A stretch of 64,000 bases of DNA from the NCBI GenBank assembly GCA_964016885.1, contig OZ024740.1:279062001-279126000 (forward strand), written 5' to 3'. The notes beneath the pieces were generated by a model. It did not search any database, was not told the DNA's origin, and was given only the letters and a program-made list of their open reading frames with translations. A program made the position numbers and the translations under genes. Source of the DNA: Eledone cirrhosa. Lineage: Eukaryota. Positions 13,961 through 23,133 of this stretch are shown here, piece by piece; positions within the stretch are counted from its first letter, which is position 1, and each line of letters opens with the position of its first letter.

Positions 13961-14999
13961 ATAGAGTATGGGATCGTATATCCAGCCACTAGCCCACCTG
14001 GAGGTCAGAAGCTCTGCTTGAGTACTGTCGTGTCCAACCCTTGTTAACAAGGAAAACGAACTTTAAATGATGATGATGATGATGATAATGATAATGAAAC
14101 CTGGTCCATTAAAGATGAAATGATCACAGCTTGAATGCTTTGGATCATAGATCTGCTTGATCATGACTGACTAAGGGCTGATTAACAACAAAATCAATAA
14201 CATTAAGCACAGATGATATCATTCTTTCTGAACTAAAATCCAATGGATTTCTTTAAGTATCAAATTTATGAGATGCCAAAAAGCTTAAACAGCATTATAT
14301 TACAGTATGATCAATAAATTGATTACTATTTTCTAAATGATAATTCACTAAAACTTAATATTAAAATAAATAATAATAGATTTATTAAAATGAATTAACT
14401 AAAAGCTACATTTGAATATAAAAACAAAAACTGGTGACAGAAATGCATTTGTTTATGTTTCATCATCATCATCATCATTATCATCGTCATCATTTTATGT
14501 CCACCATCCATGTTGGCATGGATTAAATGGGTTGTCACAGTCCAAGACTAGACAGGTCAACAAGACCTCCCCTTCCTCAAACATTTCATATTTGGCAAGA
14601 TTTCTACAGCTGGATGCCCTTCCAAACACTGATAATCTTACAGGGTGTATGTGGTGTATTTTATAGTGGCTCCAATATTACCATTTCACAGGGTGTACTG
14701 GATGCATTTTACCATGGTACCAGACCTAGAGAGGTTGTCATATGCGCTGCCAGACTGAAGCATTCTGTCTACTCTGTATTGTCTCTATTTCATCATCAAC
14801 CACATTGCAAAATGTACTGGGAGCTTTCTAACATGGCACCAACATAGTCTCGGTATGATCATTCAACACATTATATATTTAAGAATGTGTTCTGTTGTGG
14901 CAGAGATCATCTTGTCCACTGCACTTTATGTAGTCTCCAATCCCTTGCTATATTTACTTTTCATGTCACCATGTTTGGATTGGTGGGTATGTATTTTGT

Positions 15000-15790
15000 A
15001 GTATGGTAAATTGCCAGACAATTCAATCCTACATCATTTCTTTCAATTTCTTAAAGTCATACTTCACAATTTTTTCCCATGTTTTCCTTGGTCTCTTTCT
15101 GCCACAGGTTCCATCTACTTCAAATGCTTGGCACTTCTTTATATGACTCACTCTCCTTACACATCACATGTCCATACCAGCACAATCGTCTCTCGATTCC
15201 TTTTATACTAATTTTTCTTCTCTCAATTCACTATTGCTTTGTCGATCACATGCATTAACATTACATATCCAGCAAAGCCTTATTGCTTTTAACCCACTGC
15301 AAATCTTCAACATTTAAAGCCTACATTTTGCTACCATGTAGTATTGCAGTTTGCACACAAGCATCATATAATATGTCCTTCCCTTGGAAGGAGAGATCCC
15401 TAGCTGCTAGTAGAGGCAACAGTGCACTGAACTTCTTCCATTTTGTTCTGTCTCTGGTTATAAGACTTTTGGTACATCTTCTGATACTACCAATGTGGTC
15501 ACCTAGATAGCAAAAGTTTTCTACTACTTCTACTGAATCTTCTGGATATTTGATGGAGTTTATTTTTTTAGTACCCTTACTGCCAACAACTCCTGTGCAC
15601 TTATTACATAAGAAGTTCACCTTCTCTGTCAGTTTACCTGTGATCCCACTACATCTTTTGTGTTCATTGCTCACCCTGCGTACCCACATGGAGTTTTTAC
15701 CTACTCCTTTTCTGCATATTGAGCATGGCCATTTTCTTGTTAGCGAGTCCAATCCTCTTTCCTACTTACTAAAATTTTAGTCTTTGCTAG
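15000..15790 (-). mobile_element. RTE LINE 3' fragment with PHD-finger-like insert
   Basis: ORF 15321-15752: KWPCSICRKGVGKNS...HKRCSGI...FLCNKC...VENFCYLGD...WKKF...LYDACV. Confidence 0.85.
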
Positions 15791-15921
15791 GCTCACTGTA
15801 TATATTTACAGTGACATAAATAAACTGAATCTCCATCAGTTTCAATAATGAGTATGCAATTGTTTTATCAATTGGACTACCAGCTGATTGAATTAGTAAG
15901 GGATTGAGTATTCTACAAATA

Positions 15922-16672
15922 CGAGGATCAACTGAAAAGCTCATAGGCTGATCAAGATACTCTCATGGAATGACCAAATGAGGTTTATTTTTCAACACAG
16001 TCCCTGGAAAGAAACAATACAGTTATTAATAAGAGTTGAAATTCTAGTAGCAAGTAATATCAAGAATAATAATAATAATAATGATGTATTTTGTTGTAAC
16101 AGGAAAGATATGGTTTGTTATATCAATAAATGTAAGTTGAATTGAGGTTCGGTTGTAAGTCTCAGGTTCTGTTGCTGCTGTGATAATAACTCTGGAAAGA
16201 ATCTTTCCATATCACATTTAAAGGCTGAGGTAATATCATCACAAAACTTTGCAACGTTTTTACATAATTTATTTACAAACCAATTATAAAGGTTGAGCTG
16301 AGTTGAGCTGGCATGCCAAAACAAATGAACAAACAAATTAAGATTTCAGAAGGCACGGTTCATTGGCTGAGGTGTTGGCCAGGGCCGCAGTTATGCTGTG
16401 GTGTTACATATTCACGGCAAAAGAAAAATAGTTGTTTACCTTTCCACAGTTGAAGCAACAAGAGATAGAGTTTATTGAAAATAGCGGGAAAATCTCAGTT
16501 TGGGTGGAAGTTGAAAATACATATCCGTGCGCGGCTCATGATTGGCCTGACTTAACCAAAGCACGCACGAATAGCCTATCAATGCGCCAAAGGAAAGTAG
16601 CTTGCTGCAAAATTTCACAACTTTAGTATCACACCTTCATAGTCAGCCTTTGAACTTTTCTACTCACTCTCA
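15922..16672. mobile_element. Non-autonomous mariner-type element
   Basis: Imperfect TIRs CGAGGATCAACTGAAAAGCTCATAGGCTGA / TCAGCCTTTGAACTTTTCTACTCACTCTCA flanked by TA on both sides. Confidence 0.6.
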
Positions 16673-17218
16673 TATGTACATGTTCCCCTAATGTAATCTT
16701 CAGGCAAAATTCAGCATAGCAAAGTTGTAATTAAGCTAGATCTTTAAATTACAGACTTCCTCATTGTTTTTCATCAACTCAATTTCAATCATAAGGATTG
16801 GATCAACTAAAGGGCATGGTAAAAGACACTTGTCCAATCAGACCTGACATCTCATGATAGTGGAGTAAATACCTCAACCATTCATCCCTGCTGCATCATT
16901 TATATGTGTGTTTGTTTGTGTGTGTATGCATGCACATTTATGTTATGGGTATGTACATGTTTCCATAGGTATGTATATACACATAGTTTTATTTATGTAA
17001 CAATATGCATGAATGTGTATAAGAGTAACTTAAATAGATACGCTCATTTTAAAATTCCAATAGTATTCTATAACTTGTATCCTTTTTTCAGATGATCAGC
17101 TTTTTTCTTTTAGTAAATTATATATTTATAATTCAGAACTATTTATGTCCATAGCACTTTACATATTTTAATGAATGAGCTAAGTTTCAGCAGTTTACTT
17201 TCATAACAAGATGTTTTA

Positions 17219-17404
17219 CCACATACACTCGAATATAAGCCAATCCAAATATAAGCTGACCCCCCCCCCCCCTATTTTATCTGAGAAATGGAAAAATTCA
17301 AACCTCATTTATAAGCTGTTTAGATGGCAAATATAAGCTAATGCCCCAATTTACCATTGATTTTTCGGTCATATATTCCTCAGCTTATATTCAAGTATAT
17401 ACGG
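17219..17404. mobile_element. Tc1/mariner-superfamily MITE with CCGTA-type TIR; further copies at about 31848-32038 and 45445-45643
   Basis: TIR pair CC(AC)ATACACTCGAATATAAGC / GCTTATATTCAAGTATATACGG, TA flanks, and a shared internal TTTTAT(AT)CTGAGAAAT. Confidence 0.7.
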
Positions 17405-17603
17405 TATATCAAAGGTACCGAGAAGATGGTATGGGAACATGTATCACTAACAAAAGTATATATAATTGAATCAGTATCTTAGTATTACAATTTAATTGCT
17501 GTATTAATTATTTAACCCTTTTGATACCAAACCACCTGAAACTGCCCTCTCCCTGGTTCTAAGATACAAAGCTATTCATTTCAATGTGTTTATATTTAAT
17601 CTA

Positions 17604-17879
17604 AAAAGAGTTAACCCTTTTATTAACATATTTATAATGAAAGACGTTGTTTATGATTTTCAAATATTTTTTAAATAATAAAGAATTTAGAGGAATTTTT
17701 AAGTTGGTGCTTGGAACATAACTTAACAAAGATTTTTCATGTTAAAAAAATCTTTGTTAAGTTATGTTCCAAGCACCAACTTAAAAATTCCTATAAATTC
17801 TTTATTATTTAAAAAATATTTGAAAATCATAAACAACGTCTTTCATTATAAATATGTTAATAAAAGGGTTAACTCTTTT
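17604..17879. repeat. Near-perfect palindrome: 134-bp arms, 8-nt loop, one mismatch
   Basis: 17604-17737 is the reverse complement of 17746-17879 except AGAGG versus ATAGG; built from piggyBac-type MITE end sequence. Confidence 0.95.
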
Positions 17880-18304
17880 GATGCCAAACATTCTGAAGCT
17901 GTCCCTGATTCTACAATAAAAAACCATTATTTTAGTGATTTTATCTACCTAAAACCTTCCGTGATAATTTTATGTTAAATTGTGTTTCAACCACCAGACT
18001 AAAAAGGAGAAAATTAATTATCTTACTAAATCCTTGATTATTTTCAAAATTATTTGAAAATAATTGTTTCTACTTTAGGTACAAGGCCAGCAATTACCCA
18101 GTGCATTACTGGTACTTTATTTTATCGACCCCGTAAGGATGAAAGGCAAAGTCAACCTCGGCGGGATTTGAACTCAGATCGTAAAGGGACGTAACTATGC
18201 TGGAAAGCATGGCGTCCGACCCTCTACCGATACTGCCAATCCACCGCCTTATTATTTGAAAATAATAAGCAGTGTCTTCTATTAGAAATATGGTAACAAA
18301 AGGG
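17873..18304. mobile_element. AT-rich piggyBac-like MITE (TTAA-CCCTTTTGATAC ... CAAAAGGG-TTAA), interrupted by a SINE; many related copies (about 12420-12590, 12870-13380, 17512, 24880-25298, 30258-30402, 31070-31263, 35853-36300, 37811-38046, 44630-44790, 46960-47075)
   Basis: TTAA flanks, CCCTT/AAGGG termini and a shared internal GTTATGTTCCAAACACCAGC motif. Confidence 0.7.
18065..18250 (-). mobile_element. Full-length tRNA-derived SINE with Nin/Deu-type core
   Basis: A-box-like TGGCAGTATCGG, B-box GAGTTCAAATCC, core GCCTTTCATCCTTACGGGGTCGATAAAATAAAGTACCAG, and a 16-bp TSD ATTATTTGAAAATAAT (18049-18064 and 18251-18266). Confidence 0.9.
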
Positions 18305-19019
18305 TTAAAGTGTTCATATTTATCTTAAAACCTTTCATCATGATTTTATGTAAGACCCTTCCTTATTTTATGTTCCAAACACCAGCTTAAAAATAAAAAA
18401 GTTAGCTATATTACTTAATCGTTCTAAATTCTTTATTATTTTCAAAATTATAGACAGTATCTTTCATTAGAAATATAATAATAAAGTAGTTAAATATCTG
18501 CTCTAATTCTATAATTTTTTTCTTGTATTACTTACTCAAATGCAAGACAGTGGTAGGTCTGAGTTTTGATTACAATTCCATACTTTACTGGTGATATTTT
18601 CAAGTTGTATAAAATGGATTCACCAACTGTGATTTTTTGTTTTACTGTTTCGTCAGACAGGGAAGCAGAATACTCATGACCTTTTTCAGGGCCTCTGAGA
18701 CAGTGAAAAGGAGGAATGTATCCTCAAACAGGAGAACTGGCCTGAAAGTTAGCAAAAGAATGGAATCCACTAAAGACACACAATGGTCAGATAGTGGTGC
18801 TAAACTGGGTGACTAATTAAATCTACCACCAAAGTAGGCCACAGCAGGATTTGATTTTAGAATACAAAGATCCAGAACAACTACTGCCAGGCATCTTGTC
18901 CAATGTTCTAACAATTCTGCCAATCCAACACTCTACACCTAGCTCTAGTTCTGAGCAACATGCTTACTCTCCTCCATGAATTCTTTTTCTTTCATTGAAA
19001 AGAAATCACCAAATTGAGA

Positions 19020-19740
19020 GTTAATGAATGTGATAAGGAATTTCAAGCTAAATCTAGAATCAAAAGGTCTCAAAGTCAACTTAGCAAAGACTTAAATTCT
19101 TAATAAGTTGGAAAGTTGACAGGGTCTTGATTCCATCAGAGAAATAGCCATGTTCAATATGCAAAAATGGATCTGGTATAAAATGTATAAAATGTAAACT
19201 ATAAGTACACAAGTAATGTAACAGGACTTCAAACAGGCTAAATAAGAATGCATGTGGTAGATGCACAGAAGCAATAAGCAGCAAGTGGTCACATGAAACA
19301 TGCTACTAACTGCTTAGATGGCTCTCTAGAAATGGTTGACAGTTTCTGCTACCTAGGTGACTTAATTAGCAGTGAGGATAGATGTTCTGAATGTACTGTA
19401 TCTTGAGTGAAAGACCGGGTGAAACAAGTTCAGGGAGCTATTACCTTGGACTATAAAGGGTTTTTCTTTCAAGATGAAAGACAAATTGTATGATGCTTGT
19501 GTGAGACCTGTGATGTTGCATGGAAATGATGAAACTTTGTCCTTAATCGCAAAGGGTCTGTGAAGATTAGAAATAAATGAGACAAGCATGTTCTGGTGGT
19601 TGCATAATAACAGTGTGCATGAACAACAAAGCATTAATGAACTAAGAGAATGGCTAAGCATAAGAAGGATTAGATGCAGTGAACAAGGGAGAAGAATGTG
19701 ATGTGATATGGACATTCAATGTACACAGAGGATGAGAATC
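19020..19740 (+). mobile_element. RTE LINE 3' fragment
   Basis: Homologous to 3580-4250 (LESKGLKVNLAKT, PCSICK, DSFCYLGDLI, LYDACV). Confidence 0.8.
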
Positions 19741-19914
19741 AGGTTCGAAAATCAATAAAAGATAGTTATCATTTTTTCAATTTACTGGAAATATAATTAT
19801 TTGGCTTCTTTATATACTCTTCTTCTTCTTTGCCCACTTATTCCTAAGATGGTCGTGGGGGCCGAGTCCTCAAACACTCCTTCCAGTGGGTCATATGATA
19901 ATCAATTGTGTACA

Positions 19915-20240
19915 GTGCTCAGGTGCACAACAACTCATCAAAGGTGAATGTATAGTAAATAGAAAGTGAACAGTGTATGAATCAATATACACACATACAT
20001 GCATGTGTATGGAGGGGGAATATCAGATGTAGTGTTGGCAAATTTCAGGAAGCATGGAGGTTTTAAAGGATGCAGTGTCCCGGTAGCTAACAAATGATGC
20101 AGGTAATTTGTTCCATGTTTCAGCAACTCTAAGCATGAAAAGATGTTCATAAAATCTGTCCAGTGATTCTTTCATGAGACATTCTAACCACATGCCCATA
20201 ATATTGGAGCTGTGATCTCTCAATTCGGAGAAGTAGAGGC
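19915..20240 (-). mobile_element. CR1/L2-type LINE 3' end
   Basis: Translation LRVAETWNKLPASFVS...ASFKT resembles the R...WNxLP...FK terminus of CR1-group ORF2. Confidence 0.6.
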
Positions 20241-20487
20241 TCTTTGATCTACGATTTATGCACTTTATCGAGTAACGTTACTCCAAAGACTCTTCGGAGA
20301 TATCCCATTTCAGTCACTTGTATTCAAGATCGTATGGGGTTGATGTTTATATACTCAATGTGTAAATTTATATACCCATTTATGCAGTTATGGTTACCTC
20401 TGCACTGCATATATATCAGGGGCGAAGGGTGCGTGAATGTAATGCATGCAGTGCATGCATCATAGAATCTTGAGTTGATCAATTGCA

Positions 20488-20641
20488 TCGGTTGAAGCAA
20501 GCAGAATTTTGGCTGCTTACTAAATCGTAGACACATAAAAAGATAACACACACACACGACAGCGTCGGTTGAAGCAAGCAGAATTTTGGCTGCTTACTAA
20601 ATCGTAGACACATACACATACACACAAACACACGACAGCGT
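20488..20641. repeat. Tandem duplication, period about 77 bp
   Basis: TCGGTTGAAGCAAGCAGAATTTTGGCTGCTTACTAAATCGTAGACACATA occurs at 20488 and 20565, each followed by a CA-rich run and CACACGACAGCG. Confidence 0.9.
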
Positions 20642-20954
20642 GTATTAGTTTTGATAATTCAAAAAAGTCAAGTTGTTTTGTTTGTTTTATTTTTTTACAT
20701 TCTCCATTATCGTTAGTTTTATTTTTATGTGCAGACGTAATCGGCAAAATTACATACACACGCATACAACTCAAATACACGCGCGCACACATAATTCATA
20801 TTGAGGCAATGGTTATAGCCAGCGAAATACAGGGACGATGCTTTAAAAAAAAACAAAATAATTATATATCATATCTAGGAATATAATGTTATTTTTGATA
20901 CTGTACAATTAATTCTGATTAATTTTCTATGTGCAAATGCTTCATAAAGTACGA

Positions 20955-21452
20955 TCCGACAGGAATGAAAAATATTTGTTGTTCTAGGCCGACCGAAGGG
21001 AAGCGGTGTTTTATTTGTGACAACCTAAAGTAGACGTGGTGAGGGACCAGAGACAATATAGGGTTTGGACTCTTCAGTCTGGCCTTAAACAAATCTACAA
21101 TCTAATGTTATAATCTATATTGTTTTTACTGTTATAATCTATATTATTCTGTAATATGGGGATACATTTTGATATTGGTAAGTATATATATAACGGAAAA
21201 GAAAGGGCTCCAGGGGTCGTAGTGTAGAAATATACACTCATGTACATCAGGTCCGAACACAGAGGAGCCGAACTGCCACTGCCATTGCCTCCGTCCGTCC
21301 CGCTTTCCCCAGCTCTCACTATTATGAGCAAATGGGGTCCCACGCGCTGGCCGCCCCACGGCCCTTATAGTGGTGAGTAGGGAGGTGGCCCTAGAGCCAA
21401 GGACACCAGAAGTCTACACTACTACGGGCTAGACTGCTAACCTGTCGGAGAG
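20955..21452 (-). ncRNA. Putative structured RNA element of unknown family (possible retrozyme/Penelope-terminal-repeat relic or novel ncRNA)
   Basis: Several complementary blocks found by eye whose mismatches become G-U pairs only on the minus strand, a 9-bp end-to-end inverted repeat, and a degenerate hammerhead core at 21045-21084. No known family recognised. Confidence 0.4.
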
Positions 21453-22518
21453 CGACTGATATTTGATTGTTGAAGAAATGACGAAAACGACAAAATACCA
21501 AAATTCTGGTTGAATATATATCTTTACTTCAGTTCAGCAATATGATTATTTCGAATCGTAAATATATTGTTTGATTATCACCAAATGAATATAGCGTTCA
21601 GTAAAGTCTCAGTTTGTGCACGAATCTTTTATTTACCATGGGATGTTCCCTTAAAAGAAAAGTGACACGTTGCAGTTGACAGTGTGTGACTGGTTGGTGT
21701 GGTAGTAAACCGTTATATATCCTGGCTGTGTTGTCTAGGCGAAGAGGCAGAGGGCCGAGTGAGTTAGGACCACACGACAGCCTATTTATAATGACGGCTA
21801 GTTATTTTTACTGATAGATGGCCCCCAAATGTTCTCATTCATGCAACTGGTGCCGTAAATCCTACTACCGGGAAAATTTATCTATTGTCTTCTCTGCGAA
21901 ATCGCAGGTGACTTACTTCGTGGCCCGTGTCCGCAAGGAAAAAGAAAACACCGTGAAAAAATATTTCTTTCACAACAGAAGTTAATTAGTCTCCCAATCA
22001 CCGCATAAACTAGAATATAAGTCGAGGAATATGTAACAAAAAAAAAAAAAAGAAAGACGGTAGAAGGAGATCGACTTATATTCGGGTCAATATTTATTTT
22101 GACCATTTTCACCAACTTCAAATTCTACGTAAGTAAGGTTTGGATTTTTGCCCATTTCTCATAGTGGGGTCAACTGATATTCGAGTATATACAATTATTA
22201 ACACTCATTTCATTGCATCTAAGAAAAGTAGATCCCGACAAGACTCGATTTCAGAACTAGATAGCTGAGAGTAAATACTAGAAGGAGCTCGTTCTATTGC
22301 TTCTGCCTACTTCTTCGTTTGAACAGTTCTCGTATATATATATTGATTGCTTATGTGAATCGAATCGACAAAGATTATGCGGATAGTTACGGTGTTTGAC
22401 GGAGACTAACGAACGATAAGCTACTTCCGTAATCTGTTTTAAGTGTCAACTGTAGCAGACGTCCTAGTGATTACCTGAAAATAAACAGTCGCCTCCTGAA
22501 TAGAAAAGAAAAGGGAAA

Positions 22519-23133
22519 ATGATCGGTCGAATGATGCGAAATGCCAGTAAACGTAGCGACAATGTGCTGTTATGTTTGATAGTTATTGTTTTCTTCTGCA
22601 TATATCGTGTCCGAACAGAAGATATCCAGTATTGTTCATTTTTCAGTAACCGTGCTCCGTCGCCGCAACCAACTCTAAAGAACTGCACATGGTTTAAGAG
22701 TAACAGTTGCTGCATGCAAGAAGAGATTGCTGCCACCTTCGGTAACGTGAAACCATTACCTGGCGCTAACACAAAATGTCAGAACTACCTCAACTATCTA
22801 ATGTGTTACATTTGTGCCCCAAATCAGAATGTTTTCTATCTCCGTGAGAGACTGACCGTATGTAAAGAATTCTGCAATAACTTCTACGAAGCTTGCCGAT
22901 ACGCCATTTTGAAGGGATCGATCGTTGGAAATTTATATTCTAATGGCAGTGAATTCTGTCTCAGTCGTAGCTTTAATGTGGATAATGCTGTCAATGGTAA
23001 ATGTTTCAACCATGACTTTCAGGAGGAAACTACTGACAGTACTATGCGTACTGTTTATCCTCTCCTCGAATTACTAATTGGAGCATTATTATTACAATGT
23101 CTCCTTGTTTGGGAAAGCTGGTCTGTGGGTTAG
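22519..23133 (+). CDS. Cysteine-rich folate-receptor-fold (Folate_rec/HHIP-N/NPC1-NTD-like) secreted or membrane-anchored protein, 204 aa
   Basis: Clean 615-nt ORF in unique sequence. N-terminal hydrophobic segment (VLLCLIVIVFFCIY), 12 Cys in the domain with motifs CTWFKSNSCC, C..YLNYLMCYICAP and VCKEFCNNFYEAC, N-glycosylation sequons (NCT, NGS), and a hydrophobic C-terminus. A possible GTTAGT donor at 23129 overlaps the stop. Confidence 0.8.
   Translation: MIGRMMRNASKRSDNVLLCLIVIVFFCIYRVRTEDIQYCSFFSNRAPSPQPTLKNCTWFKSNSCCMQEEIAATFGNVKPLPGANTKCQNYLNYLMCYICAPNQNVFYLRERLTVCKEFCNNFYEACRYAILKGSIVGNLYSNGSEFCLSRSFNVDNAVNGKCFNHDFQEETTDSTMRTVYPLLELLIGALLLQCLLVWESWSVG

Noticed and set aside
18150-18250. 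tRNA gene
   Set aside because: The A/B boxes belong to a multi-copy SINE head with a TSD; no cloverleaf.
20955-21452. Identification of the structured element as telomerase RNA, RNase P/MRP, 7SK, U3 or SRP RNA
   Set aside because: No CUAACCCU template, no CR-I/CR-V P4 consensus, no paired GAUC motifs, and no U3 or SRP signature. Only superficial similarities such as a 3' CCUUUCUUUU.
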